Origin: Candidatus Hydrogenedentota bacterium
GTDB taxonomy: Bacteria > Hydrogenedentota > Hydrogenedentia > Hydrogenedentales > SLHB01
NCBI GenBank assembly: GCA_963745075.1
Contig: CAVUWV010000010.1
Coordinates: forward strand, 64,001-128,000
Reading direction: 5' to 3'
DNA length: 64,000 bases
Shown in pieces: positions 9,047 to 18,880 of this stretch; position 1 is the stretch's first letter, and every line of letters begins with the position of its first letter. A program made the translations under genes and the position numbers. The notes under the pieces are model-generated. The model saw nothing but the letters and a program-made list of their open reading frames with translations, was not told where the DNA came from and searched no databases.

Positions 9047-11730
9047 CAGTTTCCTTTGGAGAACTGGTCGACCGCGCCCGGTTGGGAAACGGCTATAGCG
9101 ATGTTCTCGAGCGGGACGATTGTCTTCGAGTCACACGCACGCATGCCTCCCGGCAGCGGGCCGCGGTACGCAAGCGCCACGACGACGCCGCCTCGGGCAG
9201 TGACATCGTGCGCATGATGTCCGCCGCGGCGGACGAAATCGTGCGCGGCGTGTTTCAGTTCGCGACGAATTCGCTCCCAACGAGGCGCTCGATCTCGACG
9301 CGTGTGGCTCTCTGCGCGCTCGGCGGATACGGCCGCGCCGAACTCAGCCCCTATTCCGACCTCGACGTCTGCCTCTTGTACGAAGGCGCCCTCGACGAGC
9401 CCGTCCGTGCCTTGAATAGCTACATCATCCCGTTTCTTTGGGACAGCGGTTTTGCCGTCGGCTACTCGATCCACAGTGTGCGCGAAGCCGTCGATCTGGC
9501 AAAAAACGACATGCAAGCCTTTACCCGATTCCTGGAGGGCCGGCTCCTCGCCGGGGAAAGCACCGTCTATGCCCGGTTGAAACTGAGCATTCGCGAAATT
9601 CGATCCGGCGAACTGGCGCGCCGGTTTATTGAATCCAAGGTGCGCGACCGGTACGACGATCTTTCCGCAGAGTACCGGGACATCTTCGCGCCCGAACCAG
9701 ATGTGAAAGAGAACGCGGGCGGACTTCGCGATTTTCATACCGCGCTGTGGTTGTTGATGATGGCGCATGACGTCGACACGCTGGACGATGCCGTGGGGCT
9801 CGGCATCCTGACGCCTGACGAACACCTCGATTTTGTCGATGGCCTCGATTTCATATGGCGCATACGAAACGAACTCCACTTTCATTGTGGAAAAGCGGAA
9901 GACCGGCTCTCCTTCGCGCTCCAGTCGCACGTCGCTGAGGCGTTTGGCTACGCGAACAGCCACCACTTCATGCAAAGCTACTACACCGCGGCCAGTAAGC
10001 TCCGCCGGTTTCTCCGCATCGCCGCCCGATCGTGCCACTATGCGTCCATGGCCAACTTGCCCGACGCAGGGATGCCCGTCGCGCAGGAGTACGCAATCGA
10101 GAACGATGAACTCTACGTCGGTGCGGGCGATCCGAAATGGTTCGCCCATAATCCGGCCCGGCTTATGGAAGTCTTCTGGTTGTGCGCCCGCCACTACGTG
10201 CCGTTGAGCCGCCCTTCTGAAATGCTCGTCGTCGCGAATCTGGACCTCGTGAACGAAACGTTTCGGTCCAACAACATTGTGCGCCGCTTCTTTCAGGCCA
10301 TCTGCAATCGCCCCTTCCGCTCCGGCCACGCCTTGCGGCAAGCGGCCGTATGCGGTTTGCTGGGCCGGTATCTCCCCGAGTTCGAAGCCGTCCACGACGT
10401 GATTCGGTATGAAGACTTTCACTCCTATCCCGTGGGAGAGCACACCTTGCGCGCCGTCGAGGCCATCGCCCGTGTCGAGGATCTGGATGGGGCGGTGGGC
10501 CGCTGCCTTCACGAGGCCCTCGAAAACCTGTCCGATCCCTACATTCTGATTCTTGCCATTCTGTTTCACGACTTGGGCAAGGTCGAGGGAGACGTTCATA
10601 CCGAAGCCAGCGTTCGCATCACCCGGCAGATCTGCACGCGTATCGGGATTCCACCGGAAGATGAAGAGCGCATCGCGTTTCTGGTCCAACATCACACCCT
10701 GATGACCAACATCAGCCAGTACCGCGACATCGACGACGAGCACATCGTTCGCAGTTTTGCCGAAACGATGAAGACCGAACAACGCCTCCGCGCCCTGTTC
10801 TTGCTTTCCTACGCGGACCTGTCAGCCGTAGGACCTGCCGTGTGGACGGATTGGAAGGGCGCCTTGTTACTTCAGCTTTACCTGCGGGCCGTGAAACATC
10901 TGCTGGGCCGAGCCGAAACCGTCGGCGAAACGTATTGGGATTCTCCCAAGGCGGAGCAGGCCCGCGCCGCCGCGCCGGATGAGCTGAAGGACGAGGTCGA
11001 GCCCCATCTCCGAGGCTTGGGCCAACGCTATTTTATTGCCTTTGAAGCCAATCAGATCGCGGAACACCTCGCGTGTGTGGCCGAGGCCCGTCAAACCGGA
11101 CTCTCCGTTCGTTGCACGTCCAAAGACGCCATCGGGATGAGCGAAGTCATGATCTGTACACAAGATAGGCACGGACTCTTCGCCAAGATAGCCGGGTGTT
11201 TCTCATCCCTGTTGATAGACGTTAACAATGCGGCATTGTTTACGCGGGAAGATGGCATCGTTCTCGATTGTTTCACCGTAGCGGACGCGCGACGGCTGCG
11301 CCCGCTCACTTCGGCTCAAACCGCAAAAGTGACACAAGTCTTGCGCGCAGTATTGTTGGAGAACGAGGACGTTCAGGGGTTCGTCGATCGCGCCCGGCGT
11401 CGACTCTTTGCCTTGTTGCAGCCTCGGATTCCCATCCAGACCCGCGTCGAGTTTGACAATGATTCCTCTCGAGGACATACCATTATAGATATTGAATCTG
11501 GTGACCGAACCGGTCTTCTCTACGACATCACCCGGGCCATGACGGAATTGGGCCTGGATATCGCCACCGCGCGCATCGTTACGGATGCCCGCCGGGTGCG
11601 CGACTCATTCTATGTGACGCAGAACAACCGAAAGATCGACGACGAAGAAGTATTGGCATCGATTCGGGACGGCATCCTTCACGCCATTCATCCCAGAGCC
11701 GTTGCCGACACCAAAGGAGAGCAAGCATGA
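9043..11730 (+). CDS. glnD: [Protein-PII] uridylyltransferase / uridylyl-removing enzyme
   Basis: GGYGR-x-ELSPYSDLD NTase, EPDVKENAGGLRD, HD domain (EHTL...HDLGK), two ACT domains (DRHGLF, DRTGLL); GTG start overlaps batE stop. Confidence 0.93.
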   Translation: MTVSFGELVDRARLGNGYSDVLERDDCLRVTRTHASRQRAAVRKRHDDAASGSDIVRMMSAAADEIVRGVFQFATNSLPTRRSISTRVALCALGGYGRAELSPYSDLDVCLLYEGALDEPVRALNSYIIPFLWDSGFAVGYSIHSVREAVDLAKNDMQAFTRFLEGRLLAGESTVYARLKLSIREIRSGELARRFIESKVRDRYDDLSAEYRDIFAPEPDVKENAGGLRDFHTALWLLMMAHDVDTLDDAVGLGILTPDEHLDFVDGLDFIWRIRNELHFHCGKAEDRLSFALQSHVAEAFGYANSHHFMQSYYTAASKLRRFLRIAARSCHYASMANLPDAGMPVAQEYAIENDELYVGAGDPKWFAHNPARLMEVFWLCARHYVPLSRPSEMLVVANLDLVNETFRSNNIVRRFFQAICNRPFRSGHALRQAAVCGLLGRYLPEFEAVHDVIRYEDFHSYPVGEHTLRAVEAIARVEDLDGAVGRCLHEALENLSDPYILILAILFHDLGKVEGDVHTEASVRITRQICTRIGIPPEDEERIAFLVQHHTLMTNISQYRDIDDEHIVRSFAETMKTEQRLRALFLLSYADLSAVGPAVWTDWKGALLLQLYLRAVKHLLGRAETVGETYWDSPKAEQARAAAPDELKDEVEPHLRGLGQRYFIAFEANQIAEHLACVAEARQTGLSVRCTSKDAIGMSEVMICTQDRHGLFAKIAGCFSSLLIDVNNAALFTREDGIVLDCFTVADARRLRPLTSAQTAKVTQVLRAVLLENEDVQGFVDRARRRLFALLQPRIPIQTRVEFDNDSSRGHTIIDIESGDRTGLLYDITRAMTELGLDIATARIVTDARRVRDSFYVTQNNRKIDDEEVLASIRDGILHAIHPRAVADTKGEQA

Positions 11731-13178
11731 ACAAGCATGGTTTTCGAGCGCTGATCGTATTGACGGCGGCAGTCGGTTGGGCGACGGCCGCGTCTGCGAT
11801 GAGCCCGATGCTGCGAGAATTGGAAGATGCCTTCATTCGCATTGGCGACCAGGTCCGTCCGTGCGTCGTGAATATCGACGCCGAACAGGAAGTCCCCGAA
11901 GGCATGGGCGATTCACGCATGAACATGGAAGACCTCTTCCATTACTTCAACATTCCCATGCCGGAAGGCCATCCCCCGCGCGGCCGCCGGCCGTCCCCCG
12001 TAGCTTCCGGGTCGGGATTCATCTACGACAAGGAAGGCCACGTCATCACGAACAACCACGTCGTGGAGAACGCGGCGAACTTGAAAGTGCGCTTGACCAA
12101 TGGGAAAGTCTACGAGGCTACCGTAGTCGGCCGGGATCCGGATACCGACTTGGCCGTCATCAAGATCGACGCCGACGAAGATCTGCCTACCGCCGATCTC
12201 GGCGATTCCGATCGACTGAAAGTCGGCCAATTCGCCATTGCGCTCGGCAGTCCACGCGGGCTGGAAGGATCCCTGTCCTTCGGTCATGTAAGCGCATTGG
12301 GCAGGAACGATCTCCGTCTGCCCACCAACATGCGGTTTCAGAATTTCATTCAGACCGACGCCGCCATCAACTTGGGCAATAGCGGCGGACCGCTTTGCGA
12401 CATCGACGGCCGGGTCATCGGCATCAATACCGCCATCGTCTACGGCGCCGAATCGCTCGGATTCGCCATCCCGATTAACATGGCCAAACGCATCGTTCCC
12501 CAGTTGATCGCCCAGGGGAAAATCGTACGCGGGTTCCTCGGGGTCAGCATTATGGATGTGCCGGATGTGGCCGAGACTTCCGAGGGTTCGTTCACGGTGG
12601 ACGATTTGGTGGAAGTCCTCGGTCTGCCGGACACGAAAGGCGCCTACGTTGAGAGCGCCACACCGGATTCGCCCGCGGCGAAAGCGGGTATCAAGAACGA
12701 TGACGTTATCCGAAAAGTAAACGACGTTACCATCGAAGACTCGAAAGACCTCGTTCGGCGGATATCCGATATGGAGCCGGGCACGAAAGCCAATCTGGAA
12801 GTCTGGCGTGCCAAGAAGCCGATGAATGTGGAAGTCACCCTCTCGGAATTCCCTGGCCCCGTGGAAGCCGTGCTCGGAAAAGGCATCCTTGGCATGCGGC
12901 TGCAGCCGCTTACTCCCGAACTTCGCGATCAACTCCAGATCGACGAGGACATCAAAGGGCTGCTGGTCGTCGATGTCGAACCGGACTCGCCGGCGGCTGA
13001 GGCCGAGATCAGCAGCGGAGACATCATCACGGAAGTGGCGCAGCAGGACATCGAGACGGTCGATGACTTCAAGAAAGTGATCGAACAGTATGGTAAACCC
13101 GGCGAGTCGCTCCTGATGCGGGTGACCCGTCCCGGTGAACGTCCCATGCCGAAAGTCCTCAAAATCCCGACGGAGTAA
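11727..13178 (+). CDS. DegP/DegQ (HtrA) serine protease with two PDZ domains
   Basis: Signal peptide, TNNHVV, TDLAV, QTDAAINLGNSGGPL catalytic triad motifs, two PDZ domains. Confidence 0.95.
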   Translation: MNKHGFRALIVLTAAVGWATAASAMSPMLRELEDAFIRIGDQVRPCVVNIDAEQEVPEGMGDSRMNMEDLFHYFNIPMPEGHPPRGRRPSPVASGSGFIYDKEGHVITNNHVVENAANLKVRLTNGKVYEATVVGRDPDTDLAVIKIDADEDLPTADLGDSDRLKVGQFAIALGSPRGLEGSLSFGHVSALGRNDLRLPTNMRFQNFIQTDAAINLGNSGGPLCDIDGRVIGINTAIVYGAESLGFAIPINMAKRIVPQLIAQGKIVRGFLGVSIMDVPDVAETSEGSFTVDDLVEVLGLPDTKGAYVESATPDSPAAKAGIKNDDVIRKVNDVTIEDSKDLVRRISDMEPGTKANLEVWRAKKPMNVEVTLSEFPGPVEAVLGKGILGMRLQPLTPELRDQLQIDEDIKGLLVVDVEPDSPAAEAEISSGDIITEVAQQDIETVDDFKKVIEQYGKPGESLLMRVTRPGERPMPKVLKIPTE

Positions 13179-13221
13179 CGGCAACGGCGCGCGCCAAATT
13201 TTCGCGTAAACCATTCCAATT

Positions 13222-13257
13222 GACCGCGGATCGCCTCAGGCGGTCCGCGGTTTCGTT
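13222..13257 (+). terminator. Rho-independent terminator ending the bat-glnD-htrA operon
   Basis: ACCGCGGATCGCC-TCA-GGCGGTCCGCGGT hairpin followed by TTCGTT. Confidence 0.7.
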
Positions 13258-13321
13258 GTCTTGGCGCGACAATTCTTCCCGTGCCTGTCTATTGTGGTAG
13301 GATATGGGCGGAGGCTACCGT

Positions 13322-13777
13322 ATGGTAAGTAGCGTGGAAGATAGACCGGTTTACACCGTGCTCACGCCTCGAGAACGCGTGCATGCGGGCGTCGCGGCTT
13401 CGGGCGCAATCGCCATCCTCGTCCTGGCGTGGATCCTGGTCCCCGACGCGCGCGGTTTGGGTACCCACGAAGAGTTGGGACTGCCGCCGTGCATGACCCT
13501 CCGCACGCTGGGGTTTCCTTGCCCGTTTTGCGGGATGACGACCGCGTTCTCGCATATGGCCCACGGCCATCCCGAAGTTGCGGTCCGTACGCAACCGGCG
13601 GGAGCGCTCGCGTTCTTCGGGGCGATCGCCTTTGCCATTCTCTACGCAACCATGGGAGTAACCGGACGAAAACCGGCGATCCTCGAGAATGCCAGCCTGC
13701 GAAAACTGCTGTGGCGGTGTGGAATCGGAATTGTCCTGGTGGCATGGATCTACAAGCTTATTACGTTTCTGGGCTAA
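13322..13777 (+). CDS. DUF2752 membrane protein
   Basis: GLPPC...GFPCPFCGMTTAF motif with TM helices. Confidence 0.85.
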   Translation: MVSSVEDRPVYTVLTPRERVHAGVAASGAIAILVLAWILVPDARGLGTHEELGLPPCMTLRTLGFPCPFCGMTTAFSHMAHGHPEVAVRTQPAGALAFFGAIAFAILYATMGVTGRKPAILENASLRKLLWRCGIGIVLVAWIYKLITFLG

Positions 13778-13888
13778 ACGGTGGGATGGTGAGCCCGATA
13801 CCGGCGCGTGTACCCTTCACGATCGCGTTGGTTTTCCTCGTCGTGGTGACGTATACTCCCGCCGCTTCAAGGTAAAAGGTAGCATGTG

Positions 13889-15205
13889 ATGGAATCAGAC
13901 TATTCAGCGCAGCGTATTCTAGTCGCGGACGACGAAGCCCCGGTCGCTAAAGTGATCTCCACGGAAATCGAACGGCGGTTGGGGTGTTCCGTCGAGGTCG
14001 TTTTCGATGGCGATCAAGTGGTGGAGGCTCTCGAAAATGAACCGTTCGACGTGCTCGTCACCGACATGATGATGCCCGGCATTCATGGTGTGGAACTGGT
14101 CACCTACGTGAAACAGCAGCACCCGACGACCGACGTGCTGGTCACGACCGCGTTTCCGGTGGACTTCCCGTTTGTCGAAGTGGTGCACGCGGGCGCCACC
14201 GATTTCCTGGAAAAACCCCATCCTCCCGAGGAGATGCAGGCCAAGCTCATCCGGATCATTCGCGAACGGAAGTTGAACCAAGAACTCGCCAGGGAAAAAC
14301 AGCAGATTCTGTCCGATATGGAGGCCATGGCGCGTCTGCGCGACGAGCGCTCCGTAGCGGAAGCGATGTTTCAGCATATCTTCGAGTACTGCATGAACGG
14401 AATGCTCGTGGTTGCGCCGTACAGCTTCGTCATCAACGAGGTGAATCACGCCTTCAGCGAGATCTGCGCCCGCTCTGCCGACGACCTGGTCGGCCGGCCT
14501 ATCTTCGAATTCTTTGACGATGTGGAACGGGAACGGCTGCGTCAGGGTATGGTCCTCGTTACAAACGTCGGCAAGGCCATGCTGGGTGACATTATGCTGC
14601 AACGGCCCGACCGGTCCGTGGTCTGTCTCGACGTGAGCCTGAGCCACATTCCCATCGAACCCGAACCCCTGATCCACTTCGTGTGCCAGGACGTGACGGA
14701 ACAACGCGAACTTCAGCGGCGTCTTACGGAAATCGCCCAAACCGATCAGCTTACCGGCTTATACAACAAACGCAGTTTCGACACGCGGCTCAGTGCCGCC
14801 GTGGGCCGCGCCCATAAGGAAGGCTATCCCCTGACTTTGCTGTTCCTCGACATCGACGACTTCAAGCAATGCAACGACACGCACGGTCATCAGGCCGGTG
14901 ATGAACTCCTCGCGTCGGCCGGCAAACTCATCTTGCGGCATACCAGAACCCGGCTCGATGCGGCGTTCCGATACGGCGGCGACGAGTTCGCGGTGATTCT
15001 CTCGCAAGCGGACACGACCGTCGGAACCCGTGTTGCCGAGCGGATCCGGTCCGAGTTCTGCTCGCAGGAAACCCACGGCACTTCGCTCAGCATCGGCATC
15101 GGCGCCTATCAACAGGGTATGAGTGCTACCGAGCTGCTTCGGGCCGCGGACGACAGTCTCTACCGCGCAAAGCACTCCGGAAAAAACCAGATCAACGTTC
15201 AATGA
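13889..15205 (+). CDS. REC-PAS-GGDEF diguanylate cyclase
   Basis: ILVADD...TDMMMPG...EKP receiver; PAS; DQLTGLYN, DIDDFK, RYGGDEF. Confidence 0.92.
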   Translation: MESDYSAQRILVADDEAPVAKVISTEIERRLGCSVEVVFDGDQVVEALENEPFDVLVTDMMMPGIHGVELVTYVKQQHPTTDVLVTTAFPVDFPFVEVVHAGATDFLEKPHPPEEMQAKLIRIIRERKLNQELAREKQQILSDMEAMARLRDERSVAEAMFQHIFEYCMNGMLVVAPYSFVINEVNHAFSEICARSADDLVGRPIFEFFDDVERERLRQGMVLVTNVGKAMLGDIMLQRPDRSVVCLDVSLSHIPIEPEPLIHFVCQDVTEQRELQRRLTEIAQTDQLTGLYNKRSFDTRLSAAVGRAHKEGYPLTLLFLDIDDFKQCNDTHGHQAGDELLASAGKLILRHTRTRLDAAFRYGGDEFAVILSQADTTVGTRVAERIRSEFCSQETHGTSLSIGIGAYQQGMSATELLRAADDSLYRAKHSGKNQINVQ

Positions 15206-15260
15206 TTCCGACGACACGACCATCGGCGGGAGGCGTCGACACGCGGAGCACTACCGTGTG

Positions 15261-16148
15261 ATGGACATTCTGTCGGCCGTGGTCCCGGTGTTTCTGATTG
15301 CCGGTGTCGGTTTTGCCATCCGCAAAGCGTTCCCGATCCACCTCAAGACGTTGTCCGTTCTGAATATTTACGTGCTGATTCCCAGCCTCGTATTCGGAAA
15401 CCTCTCCAAACGCGCATTGGATTGGACCGTGTTCGGAAAGATCGCCCTGGCGGCCTTCTTCATGGTGCTGGCCATGGGAACGGCATTATCCGTCATCGCC
15501 AAATTTCGCCGCATGGAGCCGCAGCTCGAAAGCGCGTTTCTCATGACCATGTTTGCCAACCTCGGGAACTTCGGACTCCCCGTGGTCCTCTTTGCCTTCG
15601 GCGACGACGCGCTTTCGCTTGCCGTTGTCGTGATGGTGTGCGGTGGCTTCCTGCAGAACAGCATCGGCCTCTATTTCGCCCAGCGAAGCCGTCACAACGC
15701 CCTCGCGTCAGGCCTTCAGGTATTTCGATTCCCGATGATTTACGCCTTCGCGGCGGCGCTTGTTTTTCAGCGCGCGGGCTGGCATCTTCCCCTGCCTGCC
15801 GAACGCGCCGTCGATATCACCGCGGCAGCCGCCATTCCCATTCAATTGCTGATCGTCGGCGCGACACTCGCCGAGACCCGGCTTGAAGTAAGCACGGAAG
15901 TCTTCATTGCCAGTGCCATGCGTCTGGCGGCCGCGCCCATCCTTGCCCTCGGCGTTTCGGCAACGATCGGCTTGGGCGCGGAAGCTTCGCGCGTTTTTGT
16001 GTTGCAAATGAGCGGACCCGTCGCGGTAGGCATGGCCGTGTATGGCGTTCAGTTCGACTTGAAACCGGGATTCCTCGCCAGCGCGGTCGCCTGGACGTTT
16101 GTGCTTAGCGCCATTTCGGTTTCGGTGGTGCTGGCAGTGCTTACGTGA
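15261..16148 (+). CDS. AEC (auxin efflux carrier) family transporter
   Basis: About 10 TM segments, NLGNFGLPVVLFAFG motif. Confidence 0.85.
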   Translation: MDILSAVVPVFLIAGVGFAIRKAFPIHLKTLSVLNIYVLIPSLVFGNLSKRALDWTVFGKIALAAFFMVLAMGTALSVIAKFRRMEPQLESAFLMTMFANLGNFGLPVVLFAFGDDALSLAVVVMVCGGFLQNSIGLYFAQRSRHNALASGLQVFRFPMIYAFAAALVFQRAGWHLPLPAERAVDITAAAAIPIQLLIVGATLAETRLEVSTEVFIASAMRLAAAPILALGVSATIGLGAEASRVFVLQMSGPVAVGMAVYGVQFDLKPGFLASAVAWTFVLSAISVSVVLAVLT

Positions 16149-16175
16149 TCCCACCGCAGGACGAGTTCGGGCTGC

Positions 16176-16706
16176 TCAAGGCTCGGCGGTATTGTCCACC
16201 GCGCCGGACGATTCCCGACTCGGATGGGACGGGTGCGCATTTCCGGCCAACGTCACGCGCAGGAGGAACGGCCCAAGTTCGCTGTCGAACGGTACCGTCA
16301 GCCACACGGTATCCGCCGGATGGTCGATGACGTAATCGCGTCCGCGAACGACGGCCGGCATGGTCAGGGTGAGGGGGGGTGCTTCCTCGCCGGTTAGCTT
16401 GGCCTTCGCGTTGCCCGCGATCATATTTACCAGCTCGGCGATTCCGTCGACCACAGTCGAGTCGACGTATTTGATTTCCGAACCCAGCATCCGATTCACG
16501 CACGCAACGGCAACGGCGGATGAAAAAGCAAGTGCGACCGTACCTCGCACGCGCCCGCTCAATCCGATGATCGCGGTCAATTCGATGGGGGAGAACTCGC
16601 GGGTCCGCGTGATCCGGCATTCGCCGCGGGATACATTCGTCTCCAGCATGGTCTCATAGACGTTGGTCGCAGCTTCGATAAACGGATTTATGTACTCTAC
16701 ATCCAC
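16176..16706 (-). CDS. cheX: Chemotaxis phosphatase CheX
   Basis: EYINPF, IIGLSG, IAELVNMIAGNA, P-x-VV-x-G. Confidence 0.9.
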   Translation of the reverse strand: MDVEYINPFIEAATNVYETMLETNVSRGECRITRTREFSPIELTAIIGLSGRVRGTVALAFSSAVAVACVNRMLGSEIKYVDSTVVDGIAELVNMIAGNAKAKLTGEEAPPLTLTMPAVVRGRDYVIDHPADTVWLTVPFDSELGPFLLRVTLAGNAHPSHPSRESSGAVDNTAEP

Positions 16707-16768
16707 AAGTCCCCGCCACGTGTTTTGGGGTCCCCCTGAAAAGCGCGGGGGCGGAAAGGCGCGTTCGC

Positions 16769-17432
16769 TTATCCCCGCATCTCTGGGAAATAGTGTACTT
16801 CAATCAATGCGCAAAACGTATGGTAGATGACCAAGTGCGCTTCCTGGATGGTTTTGACCGTGGTTCCCGGCGCCTTGATGGCGATATCGGCCGCCGCGGC
16901 CATCTTGCCGCCCTTCGGACCGGTTAATGATACCGTCGTGGCGCCGATTGCCTTCGCCACGGACATCGCCATCAGGCAGTTCCGCGCGTTCCCGGAAGTG
17001 GAAATCCCCAACAAGAACGTCTTCCGGCTTGACCAGAGCGATGGTTTCCTGCGCGAATGCCATGTCGCGCAACGGCGAGTCGTTTTCCACGGCCGTCTTC
17101 AGTGACCCGTTGAAGCCCAGCGGGATCGCCGCCAAACCCGCTTCCAGGTGTTTGGCGAGATCGTCGCCCATGGGTTGCGTCTTGAGTTTGCGCGAAATCT
17201 TGGCGGGCAAGGGGCGCAACCGCTCGAAACTCTTGCACAACTCCCCGGCGATGTGCATCGCATCGGCATTGCTGCCTCCGTTTCCGCAAAGCAGCAACTT
17301 CCCTCCAGCATTGTACGTTTTGACCAGCGCCCGATGGAGCTTCAGCAGGTCCTGCACGCAGTCGCTCAAATCCGGCCGGCGCGCAAACATGCCATCGACG
17401 ATTTCCTGTTCAAGTGGTGTAAGACGGCTCAT
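16769..17432 (-). CDS. SIS-domain phosphoheptose-isomerase (GmhA)-like protein; frameshifted near 17012-17018
   Basis: CGNGGSNADAMHIAGEL in ORF 16800-17432; GISTSGNA...IQEAHL-x-IYH in ORF 16769-17014. Confidence 0.8.
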
Positions 17433-17474
17433 GGTTGGGCTTCTCCCGCTTCCCCCGCATTCATCGCTTCGCGA

Positions 17475-18584
17475 TTAGCGAACCTTATCGAGTTCCTGCA
17501 CTAACGTCAGCAGAAAGTCCCGATTGTCCGCCGACACGTACCGCATCGATCCGCCCATCCGGGCGAACGTCTTATTGTACCGCAGGTAATAGTCGGGATT
17601 CGTATCCGGCGGTTCCCCCTGACTCCAGTCCCAATGCGATTCCTGCAAATCGACGATGACCATGAAGTGCGTGTCGATGTGCCAGTCCTTCTGGATCGCC
17701 AGGTTTTGCGCCATCGATAGCGACTTCTCGAAAATCATCGGCGACATCACCGCCGAACCCACGGACAGATACACCCCGTCGTTCAGATTGGACACGTTGT
17801 TGGCATAGGCCAGGAAATCCCGCTGCGCCGCGCGCCCGATCGCGGCGCAATGATTCATGGGGTGCACGTAAATAATATCGTGGCCGATCATGGGATGGCT
17901 CGTGTACGGCACCTTCAACCGGTATGCCGCCGATTGGAGCCCGTATTGTTTGTACGGATGGGGGACGCGCATCCAGCCCGGCTCTAGTTTGAAGGCCCGC
18001 ACCTGCGTCAGCACGTCCGCGGCCGCGGCGGCCCGGTCCGGTTCGTCGTCGATCGAGGTTTCGATCGTGTACTTCAGAGTAGTTTCGGACGGAATCTGCA
18101 AGCCTTCCTTCTCGACCAGCGCGCCCACGGACTCCCCGTACCCTAGCCCCTGATACGCCCCGATCAGAATGGCGAGGTTGATGTAGAACCCCGTCTCGTC
18201 CCAGACCCCGAATTCGCCCCGGTCCACGTTGGCGCGGACGTCCTCGCTGCTTTCCCCCTGGTACGCGAATTCCCAATCGTGGATAATCCCCGCGCCGTTC
18301 GTGGCGAGATGCGTGATCCACCCGTCTTCGATGAGTTTGGTGAACACCGGCGCCAGGCCGTTCTTGATGGAGTGCGCGCCGAAGGCCATCATCCGCGAAC
18401 GCTTCTTCTCCCGGGCCGTGACGAGACGCTCAACCGTCTCGCGAATGACCTTCTTGCCGGTCTCCGACAGCTCCCGCGGTTCCGCCGTCGTGGGGACGTG
18501 GTCTTCCTCGATATGCACCTTGTTCTTGCGTTCGCGTAACGGTTTGAACCGGATTGCGTGCCGGTCCAGCTCTTTGTACGGCAT
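17475..18584 (-). CDS. Conserved protein of unknown function, deoxyhypusine-synthase-like NAD-binding fold
   Basis: GAHSIKNGL...ATNGAGIIHD-x-E...SEDV...GSAVMSP-x-IFEK motif pattern; family call made from motif recollection. Confidence 0.55.
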   Translation of the reverse strand: MPYKELDRHAIRFKPLRERKNKVHIEEDHVPTTAEPRELSETGKKVIRETVERLVTAREKKRSRMMAFGAHSIKNGLAPVFTKLIEDGWITHLATNGAGIIHDWEFAYQGESSEDVRANVDRGEFGVWDETGFYINLAILIGAYQGLGYGESVGALVEKEGLQIPSETTLKYTIETSIDDEPDRAAAAADVLTQVRAFKLEPGWMRVPHPYKQYGLQSAAYRLKVPYTSHPMIGHDIIYVHPMNHCAAIGRAAQRDFLAYANNVSNLNDGVYLSVGSAVMSPMIFEKSLSMAQNLAIQKDWHIDTHFMVIVDLQESHWDWSQGEPPDTNPDYYLRYNKTFARMGGSMRYVSADNRDFLLTLVQELDKVR

Positions 18585-18782
18585 GATCCTCTCCGAAAAG
18601 TGTTAACGGTAAAACCGGAATTGTATCACGCCATCCAAACCGATTACATTTGCCGCCCGCCCCGCATATGCCTTCCGATCCGCGACTATTCCCCACTGGG
18701 AGCGCCACGCACCAGCGTGGCGACTTTTGGATTCCTGGAAATGGCCGACCCAATTAAGGATGACGTGAGATTCTGTGCAGGT

Positions 18783-18822
18783 CGTCCATACAGCCCATCT
18801 CGTCCATACCGTCCATCAGCCC
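18783..18822. repeat. Tandem 9-mer array (CGTCCATAC-like, about 4 copies)
   Basis: cgtccatac agcccatct cgtccatac cgtccatca. Confidence 0.6.
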
Positions 18823-18880
18823 CAAAGCCGTCACGCGTTCCGAATTCTCCTTCCCTCCAGCCTCCGGACTCTCGCCTCCT

